A program made the translations under genes and the position numbers. From an uncultured Verrucomicrobiae bacterium (lineage in GTDB: Bacteria > Verrucomicrobiota > Verrucomicrobiia > Limisphaerales > Palsa-1400), in assembly GCA_963759415.1 (NCBI GenBank), contig CAVWZG010000002.1, forward strand, positions 259,131 to 323,130: DNA of 64,000 nucleotides, written 5' to 3'. The notes under the pieces were generated by a model that was given only the letters and a program-made list of their open reading frames with translations, was not told the origin of the DNA and did no database searches. Shown here piece by piece: positions 48,466 through 58,800 of the stretch (the first letter of the stretch is position 1; each line of letters starts with the position of its first letter).

Positions 48466-48531
48466 ACAATAGATTGGAAAACGCTTGGGCGCTATGGGGT
48501 GTTTTCCCCATAGAAGAGCACCCCATGGCGC
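48466..48531 (-). promoter_or_regulatory. Double stress-cluster box plus promoter (leaderless)
   Basis: Perfect CTATGGGG-N6-CCCCATAG plus an inverted second copy (gagcaccccatggcgc); minus strand TAGCGC-N17-TATTGT-N6-ATG. Confidence 0.72.
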
Positions 48532-48560
48532 TCGCACCTGCCGGAACGATGCTGATTCCC

Positions 48561-48626
48561 GGTAGGGTGAGACTCCGTCGAACCCCGACTCGATTTAGTC
48601 ACAGCTCGACAGAGTCTCGCTCTACC
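48561..48626. repeat. GTAG-type REP-like inverted repeat
   Basis: GGTAGGGTGAGACTCCGTCGAAC ... GCTCGACAGAGTCTCGCTCTACC. Confidence 0.75.
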
Positions 48627-48740
48627 GAGCCATATCCGATACCAACCTCGGGGGCCAAGTCTTGCCCCTACGCAAATAGTCCGTGAATGCAGATCTTCCA
48701 GGCGCGTTGAATAATTGATTTTTTAGTAGTATCAGAATAT

Positions 48741-49346
48741 ATGAAACTGGCTAAACTGCAAGAAACCAAGTCAACGATTCGCTTCAGCGCCAAGCTGTTT
48801 CGGCCTAAGGCAACCGATAAGTTTGGATCGCGGACCCTTCTAACTCTGCCCAAGAACGCGAGTGCGAAGCTTCCATCACGAAGCATGACGATGGTCGAGG
48901 GCACCATCAATGGCTTCCCTTTTCGAGACGCTCTCGAACCAGACGGCAAAGGAAGCCACTGGCTCAGCGTTGACAAAGCGCTGCACAATGCTGCCGGCGC
49001 AGACGATGGAGACACGGTCACGGTGGAGATTACGCGCGTCGGAGAAGAACCGGAGATCAGGGTGCCAATGGATCTACACGCAGCCCTTGCAGCCGCCCCG
49101 CTGGCGCAGGCGTTGTGGGCGAAAATCACACCCATGGCGCGGCGGGACTGGATTCTCTGGATAAGCTCAGCCAAGCAACCGGAAACGCGCAGGGGCCGGA
49201 TCGAGAAAGCGTGCGACATGCTGGCATCTGGAAAGCGGCGAGTGTGCTGTTTTGGCGGTCTAAATTGGCTTAGGAAAGATCACCCAACAGCAGGCGAAAC
49301 ATGGCTTCCGTTGCCGGACTCGCCCAGAATAGTGGACAGTGGCTAG
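48741..49346 (+). CDS. DUF1905 plus YdeI/OmpD-associated domain protein
   Basis: VEGTINGFPF...PDGKGSHWL; VPMDLHAAL...RRDWILWISSAKQPETRRGRIEKA. Confidence 0.88.
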   Translation: MKLAKLQETKSTIRFSAKLFRPKATDKFGSRTLLTLPKNASAKLPSRSMTMVEGTINGFPFRDALEPDGKGSHWLSVDKALHNAAGADDGDTVTVEITRVGEEPEIRVPMDLHAALAAAPLAQALWAKITPMARRDWILWISSAKQPETRRGRIEKACDMLASGKRRVCCFGGLNWLRKDHPTAGETWLPLPDSPRIVDSG

Positions 49347-49398
49347 TGATTAGTGGCCAGTCAGACGCCATTCTAACCACTGGCCACTAACCACTAAT
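49330..49398. repeat. Inverted pair of 7-bp-period tandem repeats between convergent genes
   Basis: agtggac agtggct agtgatt agtggcc ... taaccac tggccac taaccac. Confidence 0.8.
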
Positions 49399-49420
49399 TC
49401 AGGGAAACAGGGACCCGCAA

Positions 49421-50842
49421 TTATTGCGCAACAATCTTAATTACATGCGTCACGGGCAGAAAGGCCGCATGCACCGCCGCCACCAAAGCATCGTGTTCCC
49501 TTTCGGCGTCGCCCACCACCTGGTCGGTTTGGGCGGCGACTTGCGCCATCGTTGGCCGGCGGTTGACGGTGGCAGGGCGGAACAACTGCTTCATTTCTTT
49601 GGTTTCATAAGCCTGCTTGGCCGCGACCGCCGCGTCCACTTTGGCAAAGGTTGCACTGAAGGGATTGGCGGGGAATTCCGCCGCCAGATTGATGCCTTTG
49701 GCCAATCGCTCCGCCGGGAAGGTTTTGCTCTCGCCACCCCATGTGATCTGGTATTGGCTGGCATTGCCGCTTTTAACCACCAGCGTCAGCCGGTTCAATT
49801 CCTGATTGAAAGGCACAAAGGTCATTCCAGAACGAATGCTGTCGTCTGAATCAAGGCCATCCCGGCCGCAGACAGGATAGGAGACTGCCGCCTGACCTTC
49901 CGGCGCGCAGGCACAGAACGGATAGCGGCTGCTTTCAATTTCATATTCTCCCGCCTTGGCCGAAACTACTTGATGACCTTTTGAGACCTTCATCTTGTTC
50001 TTCTTCAAATCCACCGAGAATGTTCCAATGTCGCCGTCCAGTCCGAGCGCTTTCAAATAAGCATACGCCATCAACGTATGCCCGGCCCAATGCGGATGCA
50101 CGCCGTCGTTGCCGGGAATGCCGTAATTGGCGCCATATCGCTGGCTTCCCAAAAATCCACCGGTCAGCATCGGCCAGAAAACATCGGCAAATCCGACATG
50201 TTCTTTCTGGGCGAGTGTCACGTCAATGTTGCGCAATTGGCACAAACTCAAATTCAAATCCTCCACGGTGCCGTTGGCGGACTTCACCCAGCCCGGCGTT
50301 TTGCTCACGTCACCAGGCGCGCCGAGAACCACTCGGACGCCGTGCGCTTTGAAAGCTTCGACCATTTTCATCGAATTCGACTCATAGGCCTGCCCAATGC
50401 GATCTTGGTAGGGACGATACTCGAAATCGTTCATACCGTAAGCAGTCGTGGCAACGGTAGGATGGAAGCGCAAACAATCATTGGTCATGCGCGCCAAAAA
50501 ACCCGGCACTTTTTCACCGCTCCAGCCAAATTGGCGCACCGAGACTTGGAGTTGTGGAACACACATCGTCAGGTAATCCTCCATGAGGCGCGAATACATT
50601 TTCTGTTCGGTGATCGAATCACCGCAAATCGCCAGATGGTCTCCCTTTCTTAGGACCAGTCTGGAGGGCGCGGGCGCTTTGAGCGGTTGATATTTTTCAA
50701 AATAAACGTCGTCGGGTTTCGGCTCCAGCAGTGGCGATGCGACCAACGTAAATTGAACGAGTCCGAAAAAGAAAATCAGTTGTGCGCGCAAAAGTGAGCT
50801 GAAAAGGTTTGTTTTCACACGCCGGTCTAAAGCTGGAGTCAT
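49421..50842 (-). CDS. Secreted SGNH/GDSL hydrolase
   Basis: GDSIT, GWSG, GMND and DGVHP blocks; start uncertain. Confidence 0.88.
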   Translation of the reverse strand: MTPALDRRVKTNLFSSLLRAQLIFFFGLVQFTLVASPLLEPKPDDVYFEKYQPLKAPAPSRLVLRKGDHLAICGDSITEQKMYSRLMEDYLTMCVPQLQVSVRQFGWSGEKVPGFLARMTNDCLRFHPTVATTAYGMNDFEYRPYQDRIGQAYESNSMKMVEAFKAHGVRVVLGAPGDVSKTPGWVKSANGTVEDLNLSLCQLRNIDVTLAQKEHVGFADVFWPMLTGGFLGSQRYGANYGIPGNDGVHPHWAGHTLMAYAYLKALGLDGDIGTFSVDLKKNKMKVSKGHQVVSAKAGEYEIESSRYPFCACAPEGQAAVSYPVCGRDGLDSDDSIRSGMTFVPFNQELNRLTLVVKSGNASQYQITWGGESKTFPAERLAKGINLAAEFPANPFSATFAKVDAAVAAKQAYETKEMKQLFRPATVNRRPTMAQVAAQTDQVVGDAEREHDALVAAVHAAFLPVTHVIKIVAQ

Positions 50843-51014
50843 GATTTCATCCCCCGCAAAACAGAGGATCGAATCGCGCTGTTCAACCACGCGAGCTTGA
50901 TTTCGAAGAACAATTTCACTTCTGAGGTCTGTTTTCATGCCACGAGATTAGCCAATTTGGGACCGCTGGCAAGCGTTTGTGATAGGTTATGAATGATTCA
51001 ATCAGCACGCTCCT

Positions 51015-52076
51015 ATGGACCTGACGAAGTTGGGCTGGAATGCGCGCCTCAACCAGCAGTTCGCGCCTCACCTTGCCAAGGGCCTGATTCCCGCTCGCGT
51101 GGCGGTCGAGGATAAACATTTCTTCCGCGTCTGGACCGCGGATGCGGAACTTCTGGCGCAAGTCACCGGCCATTGCCTCCACGGAGCACGCGGGTTCAAT
51201 GCAAAACTTCCCAAGGTCGGGGATTGGGTCGCCGTAAAGCTCGTGGCCAACGAGGAGAAGGCCATGATTCATGCCATCCTTCCACGACGCACCCAACTCT
51301 GCCGCAAGATGACGACCGACCGCGGCAGCACGGAGCATATCCTGGCCACGAATATCGACACGGCGTTCATGGTGACCGCCGCGGACGGGAGCTTCGACGG
51401 TGCGTGTCTGGAGCAGATGCTGGCCATGGCCCACGAAAGCGGCGCACGCCCGGTGGTCCTTCTCAATAAAATCGATTTGTGCGACGACCTTGATGCAAGG
51501 CTCGCGGACGCCACTCGCGTGGCCGGCGACGCGTTAGTGCTCGCGGCCTGTGCGCTCACCGGGCGGGGCGTGAAGAGATTGGCGCAACTGATCAAGCCCG
51601 GCGACACCGCCGTGTTCATCGGCACCTCGGGTGTTGGCAAGTCGAGCCTCATCAACCGCCTCTATGGGGAAGACATCCAGGCCACGGTCGAAGTCCGCAG
51701 CAATGACTCCAAAGGCCGGCATACCACTTCGTGGCGCGAGATGATTTTCCTCCCGCAAGGCGGCGTGGTCATCGACACGCCAGGCATGAGAGAATTCCAC
51801 ACTTGGATCGCCAGTGCAGGATCGAAGCAAACCTTTCCCGAAATCGACGCGCTGTCTGTGCGCTGCCATTTCCGCGACTGCACCCATACGAAGGAGAATC
51901 AGTGTGCGGTGGTCGAAGCGCTCGCCGCCGGCACGCTGCCGCGCGAGCGGTATGACAGTTTCCGCAAACTCCAACTCGGAATCCGCTACCTGCGCCAAAC
52001 GGAAAAGAGAGCCGCCTGGCCAAAGCGTAAAAAGAGCGGCCGCGGGGCCCATGGCGTGTTCAGCAAGAAGGATTGA
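51015..52076 (+). CDS. rsgA: Ribosome small subunit-dependent GTPase A
   Basis: Circularly permuted NKID...GTSGVGKS...GRHTT...DTPG; Zn finger CHFRDCTHxxExxC. Confidence 0.95.
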   Translation: MDLTKLGWNARLNQQFAPHLAKGLIPARVAVEDKHFFRVWTADAELLAQVTGHCLHGARGFNAKLPKVGDWVAVKLVANEEKAMIHAILPRRTQLCRKMTTDRGSTEHILATNIDTAFMVTAADGSFDGACLEQMLAMAHESGARPVVLLNKIDLCDDLDARLADATRVAGDALVLAACALTGRGVKRLAQLIKPGDTAVFIGTSGVGKSSLINRLYGEDIQATVEVRSNDSKGRHTTSWREMIFLPQGGVVIDTPGMREFHTWIASAGSKQTFPEIDALSVRCHFRDCTHTKENQCAVVEALAAGTLPRERYDSFRKLQLGIRYLRQTEKRAAWPKRKKSGRGAHGVFSKKD

Positions 52077-52127
52077 ACCGCCCCTTTTCTGATAATAAGG
52101 GTATCAATACGGTGGACTTGTGCGACA

Positions 52128-52856
52128 ATGAGCCGTGGGTTTTCCATCGTGAATATTTCATCCGCCATTTTTGACTGTAGCGCGCCGGATTTAGCTTCGT
52201 GTCCGGACGAGTTGCTGCCGGAGTTCGCCTTCATCGGCCGCTCGAACGTCGGCAAGTCCTCGCTGCTGAACATGCTGGCGGGGGAGCGGGGATTGGCCCG
52301 CGTCTCGCCCACACCGGGGTTCACCAAGCTCATTAACATCTTCACCATGAACCAATGTTGGCGGCTGGTGGATCTGCCGGGATATGGCTACGCCCACGTC
52401 GCGCGGGAGGACAAGGCCCGTTTCAACCAAACCGTGAACGATTACTTGGAGAATCGCCCGAACCTCTGCCTGGTCTTTGCGTTGATCGAGTCCGGTCTGG
52501 CGCCGCAAGAAATAGATCTGGAGTTCGTGGAATGGCTCGTGCGCCACGCCGTGCCGTTCGTCTTCGTGTTCACCAAGACCGACAAGGTGTCCACCGTCAC
52601 GGCGCAGACGAACATCGCAGCTTTTACAGATCGCATTTCGCCGTGGTTCGAAAAGCTGCCGGCGATGTTCACCTGTTCCGCAGCGACCCGGCAGGGCCGG
52701 CAAGAGTTGCTCAGGGTAATCGACGACGAGATGACGGCCATAAACACCGCGGCAAATCCGGCACGGGTGCCTCCCGAAAGCTCACCAAACCTAAGCCTGG
52801 AAGCGCGCGTTCGGGAAAACCGAAAACGGCGTCCCGACCTCAACCGCCCCTGGTAA
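52128..52856 (+). CDS. engB: Ribosome biogenesis GTPase YihA/YsxC
   Basis: EFAFIGRSNVGKSS, LVDLPGYGYA, TKTD. Confidence 0.94.
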   Translation: MSRGFSIVNISSAIFDCSAPDLASCPDELLPEFAFIGRSNVGKSSLLNMLAGERGLARVSPTPGFTKLINIFTMNQCWRLVDLPGYGYAHVAREDKARFNQTVNDYLENRPNLCLVFALIESGLAPQEIDLEFVEWLVRHAVPFVFVFTKTDKVSTVTAQTNIAAFTDRISPWFEKLPAMFTCSAATRQGRQELLRVIDDEMTAINTAANPARVPPESSPNLSLEARVRENRKRRPDLNRPW

Positions 52857-52920
52857 GCTCGTGCCTATCAGATTGAGTTGATGCCGAAAATCTGGCCACC
52901 GCGCTCATTGATTGTCAACT

Positions 52921-55620
52921 CTACCTGCTCATGATCTTCACCGCCGCTTCCTTCAACCCGCCGGCTTTCGCCCGGAGCCAAAGCGTCCCAGGTTGGCCGG
53001 CTTTGGCGCGGATGATGACTATTGCCTTGCCGTTAAACGCATTCCGGGCTGGTAATTGAAATGGCTCGAAACTGGTCGCGTCGCCATTGTCGGTCGCCAC
53101 GATTTCCCCGGGGCCGTCCAACTCGAACGTCACCCGGTTCGCGGCCCGCGGCGCGGTGATGCCGTCTTTGTCGCCCACGGTGACCGTGATGTAGGCCAGG
53201 TCCCGTCCGTCGGCCTGAAGGCGGGTCCGATCGGCTTGCAGGGAGAGTTGCGTGGGCGCGCCGGCCGTCTTGACAATGTCGGTGGCCCACTCGTGGCCGT
53301 TCTTATAAGCGACAACTTTCAGCGTGCCGGGATTGTAAACGACATCGTCCCAGTGCAGGCGATATTCGAACCGTCCCTTTGTCTTTCGTCCGAGCGACTT
53401 GCCATTGAGGAACAACTCAGCGGAATCGCCGGAGGTATAGACATGCACCGGCGTGATCTGTCCGGCGCGCTCCGGCCACGACCAATGCGGCAGAATATGC
53501 GCCATGCGCAGTTCCGGCCGCCAGCGGGCTTGGTAAAGGTAAAAGCGGTCCTTCTTGAGTCCCGCCAGATCGACAATGCCGAAATAGGAACTGCGGGAGA
53601 GGCAGATGATGCGGCCGTGTTTGTCCAATTCCTCCTGCATGCGCGCGCGTTCTTGCGGGTCGGTAAAGTTGGCCGCGCTGTTGAGTTCCTCCTCGTCATA
53701 AGGTGTCGGTTCGCCCAGGTAGTCGAAACCGGTCCAGACGAATTCACCGCAGCAGGATGGGCAACCGTCCTGGGCCTTGAACTCCCAATCGGGCGGCATA
53801 GCCCAGGGCGGAGCATACAAGTCATAGGAACTCACTTGGAAATTGGCCAGGCCGTTGCTCTTGTTGGTGGTGACGGGGAAGAAATACTCGCCGCGCGAAC
53901 TGACGCAGGAGGCAGTCTCGCTTGCAAACAAAGGCTGGTTGGGGTTGGTTTTTTTACGGAAGTTGGCGTAGGAGACCGCCTGGTAATTGCAGCCAAAGAC
54001 ATCCACGTGATGGTGGAAATCGTTAAGGGCGGATAGGCCGGCGTGGGAAGCACAGGTGGTGGGGCGGGTGGGGTCTTCCGCATGGGCGATGGCGGTCAAT
54101 TCCGCGGCGATGGCCCAACTGGCGGCCATGACGTTGGTGTTCTCGGAATGTTGGTCGGGGATTTCGTTGCCCATGCTCCAGAGAATGACGCACGGATGGT
54201 TGCGGTCCCGGCGCAGTTGCGCCCGCCAATCCTTCTCGTGCCAGGCATCAAAGAGAAGGTGGTAATCGTTGGTGCATTTGGCTATGCGCCAGCAATCGAA
54301 GGATTCGTCCATGACAACCATGCCCATCGAGTCGCACAGGTCCAGCAACTCGGGCGCCGGCGGATTGTGGCTGGTGCGAATCGCATTGCAGCCCATCTCC
54401 TGCAAAATGTTGATCTGCCGCCGCAACGCGCTCACGTTGATGGCCGCGCCCAATGCCCCCAGATCATGATGATCGCACACCCCGTTCAAAGGCACCCGCC
54501 GCCCGTTGAGCAAAAATCCGTTGGTCGCGCTGAATTCAATCGTCCGAATCCCAAAGGGCGTCTCACACCGATCCACCAACTTCCCGTCCCGCTCGATCGA
54601 CGTCACCACCACGTAACGATTCGGCGTTTCGATGCTCCACAGGCGCGGCATCTTCACGGTCGCCCGGCTTTCATTGGTCGCCGTTTGGCGCGGGCCGATC
54701 TTCAAGGAAACCGTTTCCGTCCCGGCGGCGGAACGCCCTTTGGCCCCGCCGGCCCCAAGCTCGTAAATCTCATTCTTGACGGTCACCTCCGCATCCGCGT
54801 CCGATTCATTCTCCACCTGCACGCGCACGTTCACCCCGGCCGACCGGGCGCCCACTTCAGGAGTGGTCACATAAACGCCCCAATGCGCGGCGTGGACGGG
54901 CGCCGTCTTGACCAGCCACACATTGCGGTAAATGCCGCCCCCCGGATACCACCGCGACGAATTCGGCGGGTTGTCAAGACGGATGGCAAGGACATTGTCC
55001 CCGCCAAACTTGATCCCCGGTGTCAAATCGACCCGCCAGGAGGCGTAACCGTAAGGCCAGCCGCCGATAAAATGGCCATTGAGCCAGACCGTCGCGTAGG
55101 CCATCGCGCCATCCACGTCCAGACAAATGCGCCGCCCCTGGTCCGACGCGGGAATTTGCACGTGCCTCCGGTACCAGGCCGCGCCCCACCACGGCAGCTT
55201 GCCCGTTTCACCGGGGTATTCCTGTTTGAACGGCCCTTCCACGCCCCAATCATGCGGCAGGTTCAACAACCGCCAGTGGCTGTCGTCAAAACCATCCCGC
55301 GCGTAAGAAACCTCCCCGCCCGGATCCCCCGCCGGCTTGGTCTTCGCGGCGAACACCGCATTGGCCGTAAATTCAGCGCCCGTTGCCTCCACCCAATCCT
55401 TGATGCCGCCGTAGTCGAGTTTTCCATCCGTCCCGACCGGGTCGCCTTTAACAAACCGCCAGCCGTCGTTCAGGGAAATCCGTTCGCCGGGCGAAATCGG
55501 CTGCGCCGCTGCCTTGCAAAAAACGCAGACCGCCAACGATGTAATCAGGAACAGTCCGCCCACCCCGGCAAGGGATAAGACGGCCTTCACCCGCAGTTGT
55601 GTCGGTGTATTACTCATCAT
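52921..55620 (-). CDS. Glycoside hydrolase family 2 (beta-galactosidase-like)
   Basis: LPHDW, SRWYPGGGIYRNV, IRTSHNPP, WSMGNE, SET nucleophile region, WTGFDYLGEPTP. Confidence 0.93.
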   Translation of the reverse strand: MMSNTPTQLRVKAVLSLAGVGGLFLITSLAVCVFCKAAAQPISPGERISLNDGWRFVKGDPVGTDGKLDYGGIKDWVEATGAEFTANAVFAAKTKPAGDPGGEVSYARDGFDDSHWRLLNLPHDWGVEGPFKQEYPGETGKLPWWGAAWYRRHVQIPASDQGRRICLDVDGAMAYATVWLNGHFIGGWPYGYASWRVDLTPGIKFGGDNVLAIRLDNPPNSSRWYPGGGIYRNVWLVKTAPVHAAHWGVYVTTPEVGARSAGVNVRVQVENESDADAEVTVKNEIYELGAGGAKGRSAAGTETVSLKIGPRQTATNESRATVKMPRLWSIETPNRYVVVTSIERDGKLVDRCETPFGIRTIEFSATNGFLLNGRRVPLNGVCDHHDLGALGAAINVSALRRQINILQEMGCNAIRTSHNPPAPELLDLCDSMGMVVMDESFDCWRIAKCTNDYHLLFDAWHEKDWRAQLRRDRNHPCVILWSMGNEIPDQHSENTNVMAASWAIAAELTAIAHAEDPTRPTTCASHAGLSALNDFHHHVDVFGCNYQAVSYANFRKKTNPNQPLFASETASCVSSRGEYFFPVTTNKSNGLANFQVSSYDLYAPPWAMPPDWEFKAQDGCPSCCGEFVWTGFDYLGEPTPYDEEELNSAANFTDPQERARMQEELDKHGRIICLSRSSYFGIVDLAGLKKDRFYLYQARWRPELRMAHILPHWSWPERAGQITPVHVYTSGDSAELFLNGKSLGRKTKGRFEYRLHWDDVVYNPGTLKVVAYKNGHEWATDIVKTAGAPTQLSLQADRTRLQADGRDLAYITVTVGDKDGITAPRAANRVTFELDGPGEIVATDNGDATSFEPFQLPARNAFNGKAIVIIRAKAGQPGTLWLRAKAGGLKEAAVKIMSR

Positions 55621-55814
55621 TTTATGACGTTCCTTGTAACGCAACGGATGGCCTTCTGTCTATAGAAGTATTTCACCCGCCAAGCAGAGGGTAGAGCAGG
55701 CGAAGTGGAGCGGGCGGATTTAACTGACCGTAATTGTCGCTTCCGCTGCTGCCAATACTGGCTTTCAGTCCGTGCCGTGGAACCCGCTGTTCCAAACCAA
55801 ATCCTCCGCCGCCT

Positions 55815-58800
55815 TTACGGCAGTCCGAGGCGGTAGAACTTGGCTTGACCTGACGGCGTGTTGGTATCGATGAACGTCCCCATGCCATTGACTGCGGCGG
55901 TGTTGGTGGCCAGGGGACGCCAGTTGGCCGGGGAAGCCAGATTCGTCGTCGCCTGCAATACATAATTGGAGCCGGGCATTCCGGTGTATTGGAGTTGCAC
56001 GGCCTCTCCGCCGCCAAGGCTTAACGTCACGGGCGGCAGCACCGCCGTCACTACAATCACGGCGCTGGTGCTTGAGCCGAACGCGTTGGAGAGGATCAGT
56101 TGATACGTGCCGGACTGGCCCGCGCTGAAATTGTCCAGCGGCAGTTCAGCGCCAAATGCGCTGATTTTCCGAATGCAGTTGTCACCCGTGTCGGCTAGGT
56201 ACACGTTGCCGGAAAGGTCCGTCGCCACCCCGTACACTTCACTCAACTTGGAGTTGGTCGCCGGACCGCCGTCGCCGGAATAGCCCAGCCCGGCGTTGCC
56301 CGCCACGGTGCTGATGATCCCTTTGACGTTGACTTTGCGCACGTGTTCGGTTCCGTCGGCAATGTAGAGGTTGCCCAAGGCATCGACTGCCACGCTGGCC
56401 GGTGATTCCATGAACGCGCCGGTGGCCGCGCCGCCATCGCCGTAGTAACCGGCGTTCCCGCTGCCTGCCACCGTGCTAATGACACCACTCACCGCCACCT
56501 TGCGAATGCGTTTGTTGCCGCTGTCCGCGATGAACAGATTACCCACGGCGTCCACCACCACGTCCGCCGGAGAAGACAGGCTGGCGTTGGTGGCCTGGCC
56601 GCCGTCGCCGAAGAAGACGTTGGCTCCATTGCCGGCGACGGTGCTAATGATGCCGTTGGTGGCGACTTGGCGGATGGCGTTGTTGCCCTGATCGGCTATA
56701 TAAAGATTGCCCGAGGCGTCCACCGCCACGCCCACCGGGCTGGAGATGTTGGCGTTGGTGGCCGCGGCGCCGTCTCCCCAGTAACTCGGGAATCCGTTGC
56801 CGGCCACCGTGGTGATGACGCCATGGGTGTCCATCCGGCGAACGCGGTTGTTGTCCTCATCCGCAATATACAAGTTGCCCCAAGCGTCCACCGCTACGGC
56901 CGCCGGGTTCTGAAATTGGGCGTTGGTGGCTGGTCCGCCGTCGCCCGAAAAGCCGAGCGTCCCGTTGCCGGCCACGGTGCTGATGATTCCGCTGGCATTA
57001 ACATGGCGCACACGGCCATTGGCCGAATCGGCAATGTAGAAGCCGCCCGCCCCATCCACGGTGACAGGCCCGGCGTAGAGCGTGGCATTAGTCGCCATTC
57101 CCCCATCGCCGGATTCGCCGTTGCCGCCGTCGCCGGCCACTGTCGTAATGATGTCCGGCAAGGCCGCACCGTTAAGCTCCCACAGGTAGAGATACGGGCT
57201 GGTGCCGCTGGTCGTTGCGTTCAGGGTGACGTCGCTCCCCACGACGGCCGTCAGGCTGCCCGCCGGGATCGAAGCGCCCGGCAGGGTTCCAACGGACAAT
57301 ACGGCGACGCTGCTGGTGACGCTGCCACCAGCGTTGCTGATGACCACATCGTAATTTCCGGCGTTGGTGGCCGCAAAAGCGGGCAGCGTCAAAATTGGCC
57401 CCTGAGCAGAAACATTTAAATTAGAGCTATTAAACTGCCAATGGTAGAAGAGCGGACCGACGCCGGCAGTCGCGACGCTTAAAGTTGCCTGGCTTCCGAG
57501 ATAGACCGCCTGGCTGACGGGTTGACGGGTTATGGCGGGCGCTGCCGGGGGCAGGTTGGAAGGATAGAAGATACCCACCGAACGCTCGCCGGTGCTGATA
57601 AAGATGCGCCCACGCCGGTAGGGGTCCAGGGCCACTTGATACGCATTGCCGAAGCGATAGTTTGGCCCCGTGACTTCGTTCCAGGTGGCGCCGTTGTTGG
57701 CCGAGTAATAAATTTTGTTCCAGGCGTCGTTCATCGTCTGGCCAAGCACGACGACGTCGCCGTTGAACGCGTCCACAGCCATTACGTTTGTAAAGCCTGG
57801 AACCCAAGTCCAATTGGAGCCGCTGTTGACGCTGTGCGCCAGGCCTTGGGAACCACCTTCCACCGCGATCCAGATATTGCCGCTGAGGCCGTGATCGGAC
57901 ACCATCATCACGCCTTGCCAATCAGAATAGTCGCCTGGCACTATCGCGCCGGTTGCCCCGGTCGTTTGCGTCCAGGTTACTCCGCGATTGGTCGAAATAA
58001 AGAATCCACCGCCAGAATTTGTCGCCGGTGGGGCCGAAGGAAAGGCCGCCCGACTGAACAAATAGCGCACGTCGGCGTTGGTGGCGTCTCGATCCAGGTA
58101 CACGAACGTGTATTGAAAGGCGCCGAGAAACGTTCTGCTGGAAGGGTACCAACTGCATTGGGTGAAGGAGGCCCCGGCGTCGGTCGTCCGATACACTCCG
58201 CCCGCATTCACGCCTGTGTTGCCTCCGATCAAGACTAGGAAATCATCGGGATTATCCAGGGAATCCATCGCATCTTCGATGACCGCCCCGCTGGTGCTGG
58301 TCGGCAACCCGACGGAAGCCGGAAGGTACCAACTGGCCCCGTCGTTGGTGGTCGCGTAGAGGCGCCCCTGGCTGGTGAGTTCAGAGCCGCCGGCGAAAAT
58401 GACACGGTTGTAGCCGTTGGTGTAGCACGACAATGCGCGGTGCGCATACTGAGTCACATCGCTCTGGAAAAACTCATGGGCCATCGACACTGTATTGCCG
58501 CTGAATCCTCCATCGGTGACAATGGCTCCGCCCAGATCCATGCAGGGGATATAGAGGCGATTGGAATCCGTGGGATGAAAGCAAACTTTCCAAGTGACGA
58601 CCTCCCCGATGCCATTGACTATATATTGCCAGTTGGTCCCGCTGTTGGTGGTGGCGATCGGGCCGTAGCCTCCCCCTCCGTACCAAAAGTTGGTGTTGTT
58701 TACGTCTTGGATCAGACTCGTGGGCCGCCATTCGAATGTGGTGGTACTGGCCCATTGCGGTATAGGGAGGCCGGGTGCGTAAATGAAGGGCATGGTCGAG

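Noticed and set aside
51015-52856. Adjacent rsgA and engB as a special module
   Set aside because: Both are ordinary ribosome-biogenesis GTPases and adjacency alone is weak evidence
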